From a virus (taxonomy: Duplodnaviria > Caudoviricetes): a stretch of 64,000 bases of DNA. This document shows, one piece after another, positions 27,748 through 36,090 of the stretch (position 1 is the first letter of the stretch; every line of letters begins with the position of its first letter). The notes beneath the pieces are model-generated. The model did not search any database. It worked only from the letters and a program-made list of their open reading frames with translations, and was not told the DNA's origin. The translations under genes were made by a program, and so were the position numbers. Location of the stretch: positions 1,424 to 65,423 of IMG/VR virus record IMGVR_UViG_3300048837_000795. One strand, given 5' to 3'.

Positions 27748-27956
27748 GTCTGGATTATATACGCAATTTTTACCAGGTCCCCGCTTACCGTGGAATGCCG
27801 GTCAAAGAAAAGCGCAGCGGCAAGCAGGGCATTATTAAATCCTCTCACGGTTCGCACCTGGTGGTTGTTCTGGATGGCGAAACAATCCGCAAATACTACC
27901 ATCCTGGCGATCTGGAATATTTGGTTCATGAGTACAAGAAGGACGGCAAGCCATGA
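27744..27956 (+). CDS. Small SH3-like phage protein
   Basis: MSLDYIRNFYQVPAYRG..G.I....L.V.LDG...YHP. Confidence 0.6.
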   Translation: MSLDYIRNFYQVPAYRGMPVKEKRSGKQGIIKSSHGSHLVVVLDGETIRKYYHPGDLEYLVHEYKKDGKP

Positions 27957-28486
27957 GCTACACCACGCTTTACAAAATAACACCGTCGGGCAGAATCAGT
28001 GAGTATGCCGAATTCAAGAATTCGCACCGCGGGGCTATGCTGGTATGGTGCAACGTCTACAAGTGTTATCTGCCAGAGCGCATCGAAGCCGAAAAACTTA
28101 TGAATGGCTTTGAGCCGCACGGCCCATTCAGGGAGGCCGATTACAAGGCATTATGGCCGTTGTTCAGAGACGTGCGCCTGCCCGATTACGTGCGCGCTGT
28201 GCTGGGATCAACGTATGACCGGGTTGTTTTGGAAAAGAAATATTTTCAGCGCTTCTATGATGACGTTCTGAAATATGCCGGCATGTTTGAGGCAGGAACG
28301 ATGATCGAGCAGGCGCAGTCTATCCTTAGACTGCGCGGTAAGAAGGTTTTTGGCGTGTGCTGGAATCAAACCAGTGTAGGCAGTGGCTTCTGGCACAAAG
28401 GCAATATCCATAAAGTTGATGGTCCCTGGTCGCTGTACGGAGCGATTGACAGGATCAGCGCCGGCGAGAAAGGCGGTGAGGCATGA
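27953..28486 (+). CDS. Hypothetical protein
   Basis: Coupled ORF. Confidence 0.6.
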   Translation: MSYTTLYKITPSGRISEYAEFKNSHRGAMLVWCNVYKCYLPERIEAEKLMNGFEPHGPFREADYKALWPLFRDVRLPDYVRAVLGSTYDRVVLEKKYFQRFYDDVLKYAGMFEAGTMIEQAQSILRLRGKKVFGVCWNQTSVGSGFWHKGNIHKVDGPWSLYGAIDRISAGEKGGEA

Positions 28487-29112
28487 AACAGCGACCGATT
28501 ATTATGACGGCTGAAAGCGTGCGCGCGATCGAGGGCGATTGCAAAACGCAGACAAGGCGGGTGATCATGCCGCAGCCAACAGGCGGGTTTCTCGGTTTTA
28601 TCAGAGAGCGCAAAACCCACTGGTTCAGGGGCGAAACAAGAACGCTTGAGGTCAAATGCCCCTACGGCCAACCTGGAGACCGACTCTGGGTGCGCGAAAC
28701 GTGGGCATGCGTGAAATGGTTCGATCACTTCAAACCGAGCGAGATCCCGAAAGGTGACGAACGCTGGCCGTCCGTTTTTTTTAGCGCATGGACTGGAGCC
28801 GCGCGGAATGCCTGGTGCCGCGGCAAGTGGCGGTCAGCAAGGTTCATGCCCCGCTGGGCATCGCGATTCACCCTGGAGGTTATCAGCGTGCGAGTCGAGC
28901 GGCTGAATGAAATCAGCAAAGAAGACGCAAAAGCCGAGGGTATGTATTGCGGCTTCATCGGCGGAAGTTACGACTTCCCTATCGGCCCATACGATGCTTA
29001 CACGGCAAATTACCGCAAAGCCTGGGATGAAATCAACGCCAAACGCGGCTATCCCTGGGAGTCAAATTGTTGGGTCTGGGTCATCGAATTCAAAAGGATC
29101 GAGCAGCCATGA
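28483..29112 (+). CDS. ASCH/PUA-like phage protein
   Basis: RPI..VRAI..KTQTRR; CPYGQPGDRLWVRETW; MPRWASR..LE..VRVERL; WVWVIEF. Confidence 0.8.
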   Translation: MKQRPIIMTAESVRAIEGDCKTQTRRVIMPQPTGGFLGFIRERKTHWFRGETRTLEVKCPYGQPGDRLWVRETWACVKWFDHFKPSEIPKGDERWPSVFFSAWTGAARNAWCRGKWRSARFMPRWASRFTLEVISVRVERLNEISKEDAKAEGMYCGFIGGSYDFPIGPYDAYTANYRKAWDEINAKRGYPWESNCWVWVIEFKRIEQP

Positions 29113-29327
29113 TCGAAAAAATAGAGCTGGCCTGGGTGCCGATGAGTGAGCGACTGCCGCCTGCACCCGGAAAATATCTTACCCAGCGCGTCACGCGCGT
29201 GACTGAGCATGGCCACGGCAAGCGCACCATCTACAGCGTGATCCTGTCCGCATATTGGGACGGGCAAACATTCAACCTACACGACCAGCCAACGCACTGG
29301 CGTGATCTACCAAAGGATATGCAATGA
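29109..29327 (+). CDS. DUF551-like protein
   Basis: WVPMSERLP...PTHWRDLP. Confidence 0.7.
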   Translation: MIEKIELAWVPMSERLPPAPGKYLTQRVTRVTEHGHGKRTIYSVILSAYWDGQTFNLHDQPTHWRDLPKDMQ

Positions 29328-29629
29328 GCGAAGATGTGCAGGAACTAACAGCAGAGGAAAAGCACGAGTCATGGCTGGAGTCTGGCAAGTGGGCCGGCAT
29401 GACTCTGGGCGAGCTGGTCTCTAATATGATCGACGGGGGAGGCGGCGACGACGTACCCTTCGTGAGGGTTACAGAGCAGACTGAACGAAACGATCAGGGT
29501 GAATACATCATGCAGATGGAGATTCGTCTCGTACCTAACGGGCAAGTGATAGAAGAGGCCGCCAAAATCGGCTGCAACCTATTCCACAACCGGCTGATCG
29601 AGGCGATCAACAAAGGATTGGTGAAATGA
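29324..29629 (+). CDS. Hypothetical protein
   Basis: Coupled ORF. Confidence 0.55.
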   Translation: MSEDVQELTAEEKHESWLESGKWAGMTLGELVSNMIDGGGGDDVPFVRVTEQTERNDQGEYIMQMEIRLVPNGQVIEEAAKIGCNLFHNRLIEAINKGLVK

Positions 29630-29853
29630 GCGGTGATATCGGCAGCATACTCGAACTAGGGGCGATCGTCCAGAATGAGCTGAAGCTGCGTGATGAGGCC
29701 AACCGCCTGGCTGAGGCAATGCTTCATCCCAAACCGGCGCCGCGCAAAACCCCACGGCCAAAGCGCGCCCGCCCCGATGCGCAGCTCGCAAAGCCGCACA
29801 AGCCGACCAACCGCGAGAAACGCCGGCAGCGCCGGCAGGCAAAGCGCAAGTAA
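29626..29853 (+). CDS. Small basic protein
   Basis: Arg/Lys-rich C-terminus. Confidence 0.5.
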   Translation: MSGDIGSILELGAIVQNELKLRDEANRLAEAMLHPKPAPRKTPRPKRARPDAQLAKPHKPTNREKRRQRRQAKRK

Positions 29854-29857
29854 CCCA

Positions 29858-29887
29858 AAGGCCCCATCCCCGGGGCCTTTTATTTTT
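29858..29887 (+). terminator. Intrinsic terminator
   Basis: AAAGGCCCC ATCCCC GGGGCCTTT TATTTTT. Confidence 0.75.
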
Positions 29888-29888
29888 C

Positions 29889-29916
29889 CTAACGAGTTAT
29901 CAAAGTAACCCTATAG
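29889..29916. repeat. 11-6-11 site (copy 5)
   Basis: CTAACGAGTTA TCAAAG TAACCCTATAG. Confidence 0.8.
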
Positions 29917-29920
29917 ACTG

Positions 29921-29949
29921 CTTAATTTCTTGCGCTGAAACCGGTTTTA
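29921..29949 (+). promoter_or_regulatory. 29-bp putative middle promoter
   Basis: CTTAATTTCTTGCGCTGAAACCGGTTTTA. Confidence 0.8.
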
Positions 29950-29968
29950 AGTACAGGAGAACACGACC

Positions 29969-31513
29969 ATGAACCAGATCCAAGCCATTGAAATTTTAGA
30001 GCGCTATATCCGCGCTCGTTATCCGATCATCGCCACACTCAGCCACGAAGAGACCCGCGTCATGGCGGCCATCCGCGCCGCCGCCAACAGCCGCAAGATG
30101 GAGCTCGTCGAATGGTCCATCACCACCGGCCTGTTGGGGGAGGGCTTTGACGCTTCCGGCACGCGCGACGTGGTCGCCGCGTTCGAGGCTATGCTGGGCG
30201 CATCCACTGACCGCTCGATCCTGTTTGTCATGCGCGACCTGCACGGCGCGCTGGGCAACGCGGACCGTGGGCATGATCCGCTGATCACGCGCTACCTGCG
30301 CGACCTGGCTGAGAAATTCGCCGCCTGCCGCAATACTCTGGTGCTGCTGTCGCCGGCCTTCTCGATCCCCTCGGACCTCGACAAAACCATCGTACTGATC
30401 GACTGGCCGCTGCCCGACTCGGAAGAGCTGGGCGCGGTGCTCACAAAGGCCGAGATCGACCTGCCGGCGTCTATCCCCTACACCCTCAACGGCAACCGCG
30501 ACCGGGTTATCCAGGCCATGCGCGGCCTGACGCTGTTCGAGGCCGAGTCGGTGCTCTCTTCCGGCATTGTCGCCACGCGGCAGTTGGGCGATAACATCAT
30601 CCCCTTTATCGTCAAGGAAAAGGCGCAGATCATCCGCAAGGCCGGCGTGTTGGAATACTACGACACCGACGTGACCATGAACCAGGTGGGCGGGCTGCAA
30701 TATCTCAAGGAATATTCCGCGATCAAGCGCAAAGCCTTCTCACGCGAGGCTGCCGCCGCGGGTGTGGATGCGCCAAAGGGCTTGCTGCTGGTCGGCATCC
30801 CCGGCACCGGTAAATCCCTGGCCGCCAAAGCCATTGCCGGCGGGCAAATGCCCCTGCTGCGCATGGACGTGGGCGCGCTGATGGGTGGGCTGGTCGGGCA
30901 GAGTGAGGGCAATATGCGCGCCGCGCTCAAGGTTGCAGAGGCCGTTGCCCCGTGTGCGCTCTGGTTGGATGAAATCGAGAAAGCAATCTCGGGCGGCGGT
31001 GGGGAGCTGGACGGCGGCACGAGTGCGCGCGTCTTTGGCACGCTGCTGACCTGGATGCAGGAGACCACGGCGCCGGTTTACGTAATAGCCACCGCAAACG
31101 ATATCCGCTCCCTGCGCCCCGAGCTGATCCGGCGCTTTGACGATATGATGTGGGTCGACCTGCCCAACCAGGCGGCGCGCGTCGAGATCCTGACGGTACA
31201 CCTGTCCAAACGCCGGCAGGACGCTTCCCGCATCGACCTAGAGTCGGCCGCCCGGGCCACCTGGGGTTTCTCGGGCGCGGAGATCGAAAAGACGGTCAAG
31301 AGCGCGTTGGAACGGGCATTCTCACAGGGCCAGGAGCTCAGCACGGATTACCTGCTCAAGGCTGCCTCGAAAATTGTCCCCATCGCCGTGACGATGGAAA
31401 ACAAGATCAAAGACCTGCGCGCCCAGGCCCAGCACGCGCTGCAGGCCGGCGATCCGCTGGAGACAAAGCCGGCAGCCGTTGCAAGCCGGGCGGTCGACCT
31501 GAGCGATTTATAA
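29969..31513 (+). CDS. Ycf46-like AAA+ ATPase
   Basis: IRARYPII..EETR N-terminus; VGGL..LK; PKGLLLVGIPGTGKSL; LWLDEIEK; ATAN; PELIRRFD. Confidence 0.88.
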   Translation: MNQIQAIEILERYIRARYPIIATLSHEETRVMAAIRAAANSRKMELVEWSITTGLLGEGFDASGTRDVVAAFEAMLGASTDRSILFVMRDLHGALGNADRGHDPLITRYLRDLAEKFAACRNTLVLLSPAFSIPSDLDKTIVLIDWPLPDSEELGAVLTKAEIDLPASIPYTLNGNRDRVIQAMRGLTLFEAESVLSSGIVATRQLGDNIIPFIVKEKAQIIRKAGVLEYYDTDVTMNQVGGLQYLKEYSAIKRKAFSREAAAAGVDAPKGLLLVGIPGTGKSLAAKAIAGGQMPLLRMDVGALMGGLVGQSEGNMRAALKVAEAVAPCALWLDEIEKAISGGGGELDGGTSARVFGTLLTWMQETTAPVYVIATANDIRSLRPELIRRFDDMMWVDLPNQAARVEILTVHLSKRRQDASRIDLESAARATWGFSGAEIEKTVKSALERAFSQGQELSTDYLLKAASKIVPIAVTMENKIKDLRAQAQHALQAGDPLETKPAAVASRAVDLSDL

Positions 31514-31622
31514 AAATGACCGGGCCGGATTGGGGTTACCTGATCCGGCCCGTAGCTTCACAGGAAGGCACTACAGCGATTTTGTGCACCAGAGTCGTAT
31601 TTTCTCCCATTGGTTGATTATT

Positions 31623-31650
31623 CTATAACGTTGTTTAAGTAATTCGATAG
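31623..31650. repeat. 11-6-11 site (copy 6)
   Basis: CTATAACGTTG TTTAAG TAATTCGATAG. Confidence 0.7.
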
Positions 31651-31665
31651 GATTTAGGATTTGTG

Positions 31666-31694
31666 CTTAAGTTTTGGTGCTGAAACCGGTTTTA
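31666..31694 (+). promoter_or_regulatory. 29-bp putative middle promoter
   Basis: CTTAAGTTTTGGTGCTGAAACCGGTTTTA. Confidence 0.8.
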
Positions 31695-31714
31695 AGTACA
31701 GGAGGATCAAACAC

Positions 31715-31963
31715 ATGGCAGATCAAGAATTACCGACTCGTCTAAAATCGCTAACGCCCCGCAGCGCGCAGAACGCTATCCGGCCCGAGCTGAGCGCGGC
31801 GGTTATCGATATGCTGAATGCGATTCTGTCCGGCTTCGTGGATGAAACCAGGGGCAGCAAAGTCAAGGTGCATGAAAACATGGATAGCGTAAACATCCCC
31901 CTGCTGGTCAATGGCCAGCAGTTCACCGTCAAAGTTGAGATCTGGAACGGAGACCATCAGTAA
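31715..31963 (+). CDS. Hypothetical protein
   Basis: AGGAGG RBS. Confidence 0.65.
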   Translation: MADQELPTRLKSLTPRSAQNAIRPELSAAVIDMLNAILSGFVDETRGSKVKVHENMDSVNIPLLVNGQQFTVKVEIWNGDHQ

Positions 31964-32403
31964 TGTCAAAATATCGCGTTATCCAAACAGAATTCCGCAA
32001 CCTGGACAGCCTGAAAAAGGCACTGGCCGATCTCGGCGTACCATACGACCTGGCAAAGAACCCGCTGCAACCCGACCTGCCGCTGTACGGGTATCTCGGC
32101 GATGAACGTCCGGAGCGCGGCTCGATCGTTATCCGCCGCAGCTGGCTGGATAACAACTGGTCAGGCAATGAGCACATGGTTGGGCTGTCAAACGACATCG
32201 GCTTTGCCTGGGACGGGAAAGAGCTGACCGCACAGGTAAGCGAGTACGACGAAAGCAATCTCGGGGTAACCGCGGCAATGAAGCACCTTCGCCAGCGCTA
32301 CGCCTACCACGAGGTCATGCGCCTGGCGCACTCCCACGGCTACAACGTGCGCGAGTCGACCTCGCAAAACGGACAGATGCGGGTCAAGATTGTGAGGATA
32401 TGA
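31963..32403 (+). CDS. DUF1257 (Ycf35-like) protein
   Basis: MS.Y..IQT.F...L..AL.DLG; YGY.G; DIGF; L.QRYA; GYNV. Confidence 0.8.
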   Translation: MSKYRVIQTEFRNLDSLKKALADLGVPYDLAKNPLQPDLPLYGYLGDERPERGSIVIRRSWLDNNWSGNEHMVGLSNDIGFAWDGKELTAQVSEYDESNLGVTAAMKHLRQRYAYHEVMRLAHSHGYNVRESTSQNGQMRVKIVRI

Positions 32404-32606
32404 TCATGGCCACCAAACCACAACCGCACGAGATCACCATCATCATTGACGCCGACGGGCACATCGAGTCGACCGTCGGCGGGGTAGAGGGCCCGGCCTG
32501 TGCTGAGCTCACCAAATGGCTGGAAGAGTTGGGCACCGTCGAGATCGACTCCCAGACGGCCGACTTCCGCAAGCTGCCCAGGCAGACCACCCGGGCAGGA
32601 AAATAA
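32400..32606 (+). CDS. DUF2997 protein
   Basis: I.I..DG.I...V.GV.G..C..LT..LE.LG.V....T.DF. Confidence 0.8.
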   Translation: MIMATKPQPHEITIIIDADGHIESTVGGVEGPACAELTKWLEELGTVEIDSQTADFRKLPRQTTRAGK

Positions 32607-32632
32607 TTATCAGGAACGAAAGGAAAATCACC

Positions 32633-32806
32633 ATGAGCGAAGAGAGAAAGGACGGTGCGAGCTGCGGTCAGTTATTGGCCGTGTTTGCTATACTGATCGT
32701 CGGGGCATTGATCATCAACGCGATCGGCGGAGATGCGTTCTCATTGTCACGGGCGCTCGGAATTCCCGACTGGGTAATTCCGACGATGATCATCTTCTCG
32801 AAATAA
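32633..32806 (+). CDS. Small membrane protein
   Basis: AAGGA RBS; hydrophobic. Confidence 0.55.
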   Translation: MSEERKDGASCGQLLAVFAILIVGALIINAIGGDAFSLSRALGIPDWVIPTMIIFSK

Positions 32807-32873
32807 AGACCGCAGCCAGCGAGGGGGGCGCTGGCTGCGGTTGGCCGGCTGCGTTATTTGCCCGGCGAAAATT

Positions 32874-32883
32874 ATTATAACGC
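32874..32883 (-). promoter_or_regulatory. GCGTTATAMT motif followed by a minus-strand terminator (32801-32842), with no gene between
   Basis: GCGTTATAAT; hairpin ACCGCAGCCAGCG CCCCCCT CGCTGGCTGCGGT then CTTTATTT. Confidence 0.55.
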
Positions 32884-32930
32884 AGAAATCTGGGTCTATA
32901 ATCATGGTATCACCTGCATAGGAGCCAACC

Positions 32931-33197
32931 ATGACTACAGACCCAGATTTATTATTTGAGAAGGTCGTTACCAAATTCAACGCCATCCGCGTCTACCGCA
33001 ACCGCGTCGTTTACTCCGAGGGCACGTTCTTTGCCAAAGAGACCACCATCCTGATACGCTCGATTACTGCCGTAACGCTGGACGGGCCGGCGAAGTTCCT
33101 CAAGATCACCACCCAGGACGGGCAGGTACATAAACCCAAATTCGCCGCAGGCAGCATTGCCCAGGAAGCGCAGAAAGCCATCCTGAGCGTGTTGTAA
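32931..33197 (+). CDS. Bacterial PH-domain-like protein (moron-like)
   Basis: Own TATAAT and AGGAG; RVVY..G.F...T.I....I..V pattern. Confidence 0.6.
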   Translation: MTTDPDLLFEKVVTKFNAIRVYRNRVVYSEGTFFAKETTILIRSITAVTLDGPAKFLKITTQDGQVHKPKFAAGSIAQEAQKAILSVL

Positions 33198-33198
33198 A

Positions 33199-33230
33199 CA
33201 AAAAGCCCGGCAAATGCCGGGCTCATTTTC
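33199..33230. terminator. Bidirectional terminator between the early/middle and late arms
   Basis: AAAAAGCCCGGCA AA TGCCGGGCT CATTTT. Confidence 0.75.
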
Positions 33231-33242
33231 TACAGGGGCCGT

Positions 33243-33557
33243 TTACCGCGGGCCGTTGGGCGGCCAGATCGGGTGCTTGACCCATTTGACGCACTTACGC
33301 GCGCCACCGGTCTGCACCACATACTGAAGACAGCGCCCAGCCGCGCCGCCGATGATTTTATCGGCCGGCTGTTTTGCGATATCGACCGGGCGCGACTCGG
33401 CCCGGTTGTCATCAACCGTCACGACCTGCGCCGGTGGGCTGGTCATCCTGGAGCCGGCAGGCACGCGCCCGGGGCTTGCGTCTGGCATGGGCTTTGCGGC
33501 GGTCAGCAGCAGCACGATCAGGATCACGAGGATCAAACGATACAGATTGGTTTTCAT
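33243..33557 (-). CDS. Small secreted or membrane-anchored protein in the lysis cluster
   Basis: N-terminal signal/TM; GGGAG RBS. Confidence 0.6.
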   Translation of the reverse strand: MKTNLYRLILVILIVLLLTAAKPMPDASPGRVPAGSRMTSPPAQVVTVDDNRAESRPVDIAKQPADKIIGGAAGRCLQYVVQTGGARKCVKWVKHPIWPPNGPR

Positions 33558-33561
33558 TGCC

Positions 33562-35487
33562 TTACTCCCCTTTCACAAATGGTTTTACTTCAACGGTAAC
33601 AGCCCATTCTTCGAGCTGCGTAATCCTGTTCTCCTGCCTCGTGTCCGCGCCTTTCAGCGCGTCGCCCATGACCTTCGTCAGCTCGACCAGACCCCTCACT
33701 GCCGACTCTGCCGCGTCCAGTCTTGCTAATATTGCGGTCAGGTCCTGGGGTGGGGGAGGGGTGGCAACGGTCACAGAAACGGTATTGCTCTTTGCGGAGC
33801 GGTTGCCAGCGGCGTCATACGCCTCGACCTGGTACTGATAGGTGCCGGCGGGTTTGTTGAGCAGGGTAAACGTCGGGCTGGTGGTGTTGTAGGTCTGCAC
33901 GCCGTTCTCGAACAGGTGATACCCAACCGCGCCACCAGCGCTGTCTGTGGACGGCTGCCAGTTCAAAACGACGGTGCTGCCGGCTACCTGCGCGGTCAGC
34001 CCGGCCGGGGCAGTGGGCGGGGTGGTGTCGGCGGGAGGCGGCTGCGTTGGTTTGCCCAGGGCGGCCGCGAGCTGCGCAGCAGTGCCTTTGTAGAGATAGA
34101 GCGTCGGGCGATAGCTCACAAACTCCCAGCCGTCGCTCGCCCCGATGTGGGCGGGCCGTGTATCAGCAGGCGGGTATGATTCGTCAAGCGCGCCAAGCGG
34201 AAGCTGCTGGTCGACGATGGTCTCGTGCTGGTGTATCCATGCCAGCGCGCCAGGCGCGTACTGCGCCAGAAACGCGTGGCTGGTGCGTACATACACTTTT
34301 ACGCCCGGATGCGCCTTTTCCGCGATTTCTTTCGCCTTGTTGATAAACTCGCGCATGGTGAAATTGAGCCACGCCGCGTTGCCCGGCTTGCCGCTGTGAT
34401 CGTTGGGATCGAGCACGGTGATAATATAACCATCAGCATTGCGCGGCTTGCAGATATCCGCGAAGGTCTGCAACGGATAGTCCTGGTCAAAGTCGGGCCA
34501 CATTGCCGGGTCGAGAGGGTACTGGTTTTCGGTGTAGTACGCCATTGAAAACCGGTATTCGATCAATACCTGCTTGCCTTGCGCGCGTGCCTTCTCCTCC
34601 ATCGGCTTGAGCACCTGGTTGGGCTGCTCGTAGCCCGCGCCGCCGGCCAAAACGTAGAAGTGGTACCCCGGATTGCCCCAGCCGGAATCGGTCGGCGTTT
34701 TGGCGTAGTAGCCAATCGCATTGTCCTTGTAAAGATTCGCCATCATTTCACCTTCCTTTAGCCATTCAGTGAACTGCTCTTCCGAGCCAAAGAAAACATC
34801 CCAGTCGATGTCTTTGCTGCCGTCCATGCCCAGCTCCAACCCATACGCCGGGGTGCCAGCCTGCCAGAACGTAGCCCGCTCCCACTGGCCCAGCGTGTTG
34901 GGGGTAAAACCCAGCCGCTCGATATAATCGATAAACGCTTCCAGAGTCATGCCTGCCGGCAGCTTTGGCCAGGCCGCAATCCACAAAGGCATGACCCGCA
35001 GCCAGGCAGGCAGCGGCACAAAAACGCCGTTTTCACTGGTCAGGTATTGGATCATCGCCAGGTTCATGTAAGCGCCCATGCGTTTCCCGCTGGCTAGCTC
35101 GCCGGCGTCTTTGTAAAGCTTCATCTTGGCGAGGCACTGCGCACGCGGGGGCAGGGGCGGCCAGTCTGCGCCAGGCTTTTCCCAGTCGCCCCAGATCACG
35201 GGCATCTCGGATGGATAAGCGCGTTCGACCTCGCCAAATGCGCGGCCCTGGACAGCGTCGGCCGCTGCGCCTATACGGTAATCCCACCAGCCATATGCGC
35301 CGCGCACATAACCATGCACGGCCTGCGCAGTGTAGTTGCGCACAAAGTCGGCGTCAATCGTTGCGGCGTTGGTCAACCGGTTGATCACAAAGCGCACGTG
35401 CCGCGTTTTGGGTTTCGACCAGTCGATCACCTGCGGGGTGTCGGGATTATCCTGATGGGTAGATACATCAATGCCGTGTACTCTCAT
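33562..35487 (-). CDS. Endolysin: GH25 muramidase, second GH25-like domain, FnIII, coiled coil
   Basis: HGIDVSTHQ..IDW, DWE, LWIAAW, FWQ, DIDWDVF; DTTPPTAP..W..STD..V.GY..Y.V.AYDAAGN.S. Confidence 0.85.
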   Translation of the reverse strand: MRVHGIDVSTHQDNPDTPQVIDWSKPKTRHVRFVINRLTNAATIDADFVRNYTAQAVHGYVRGAYGWWDYRIGAAADAVQGRAFGEVERAYPSEMPVIWGDWEKPGADWPPLPPRAQCLAKMKLYKDAGELASGKRMGAYMNLAMIQYLTSENGVFVPLPAWLRVMPLWIAAWPKLPAGMTLEAFIDYIERLGFTPNTLGQWERATFWQAGTPAYGLELGMDGSKDIDWDVFFGSEEQFTEWLKEGEMMANLYKDNAIGYYAKTPTDSGWGNPGYHFYVLAGGAGYEQPNQVLKPMEEKARAQGKQVLIEYRFSMAYYTENQYPLDPAMWPDFDQDYPLQTFADICKPRNADGYIITVLDPNDHSGKPGNAAWLNFTMREFINKAKEIAEKAHPGVKVYVRTSHAFLAQYAPGALAWIHQHETIVDQQLPLGALDESYPPADTRPAHIGASDGWEFVSYRPTLYLYKGTAAQLAAALGKPTQPPPADTTPPTAPAGLTAQVAGSTVVLNWQPSTDSAGGAVGYHLFENGVQTYNTTSPTFTLLNKPAGTYQYQVEAYDAAGNRSAKSNTVSVTVATPPPPQDLTAILARLDAAESAVRGLVELTKVMGDALKGADTRQENRITQLEEWAVTVEVKPFVKGE

Positions 35488-35548
35488 GGTAATTTCCTAG
35501 TTGATTTTGATAAGATTTATTAAGAAAAGAATGAATTTATCAGAAACA

Positions 35549-36022
35549 TCACGCACCCGCGCTCTTGCTGTGGGAGTAAATTCCCCAAATCCAAACTGCT
35601 AGCCGTTGCCATTTCTCCATTTCGGCAGCCACATGCACATGATCCATGCTGTTCTGCTGCTGGTTGCCAAGCGCGAGATTTTCCAGACGGTTATCTTTCT
35701 TGTCTCCATTCAGGTGACGCACAACCTCACGAGTCATGAGAGGCCGCCCGATATGTCGGGCCATCACTAAACGATGCTCAAGCACATAATGCAGTTTGGT
35801 ATTCGCTAGTATCCGATCATTATCGGAAAGAGCATTAACCGGAACCGCGTTATAACCCTGAACGTCATGCGTTCTGTAACCCCGGTTTATATTTGCGGTA
35901 TGCGTCATTCCAGACAAAACACCGGCGCATTTTCGGCTGCACGCTGTTCGGTTGGCCGGGCTTTTGTAAAAAGCCCTGGTAATTCCTTTTCCGCAAACAA
36001 CACAATTTCTTGTTTCCATCAC
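35549..36022 (-). CDS. HNH endonuclease (probable homing endonuclease)
   Basis: CVVCG..CSRKC; YVLEHRLVM..EVVRHLNGDKKDNRLENL. Confidence 0.85.
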   Translation of the reverse strand: MMETRNCVVCGKGITRAFYKSPANRTACSRKCAGVLSGMTHTANINRGYRTHDVQGYNAVPVNALSDNDRILANTKLHYVLEHRLVMARHIGRPLMTREVVRHLNGDKKDNRLENLALGNQQQNSMDHVHVAAEMEKWQRLAVWIWGIYSHSKSAGA

Positions 36023-36060
36023 CGCTCCCCTTTTTAGAACACCTATTCGGTCTCACTGTC

Positions 36061-36070
36061 AGTATAACGC
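36061..36070 (-). promoter_or_regulatory. Putative late promoter (HNH/endolysin)
   Basis: GCGTTATACT. Confidence 0.65.
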
Positions 36071-36090
36071 GCCGGCCATTTTGGCCTTTT

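Noticed and set aside
9471-31694. 29-bp motif as integron attC or cassette recombination sites
   Set aside because: No RYYYAAC/GTTRRRY cores or hairpin; constant position before an RBS fits a promoter
35494-35521. Possible tenth 11-6-11 site (TTCCTAGTTGA TTTTGA TAAGATTTATT)
   Set aside because: Arms are too degenerate to tell from the AT-rich background
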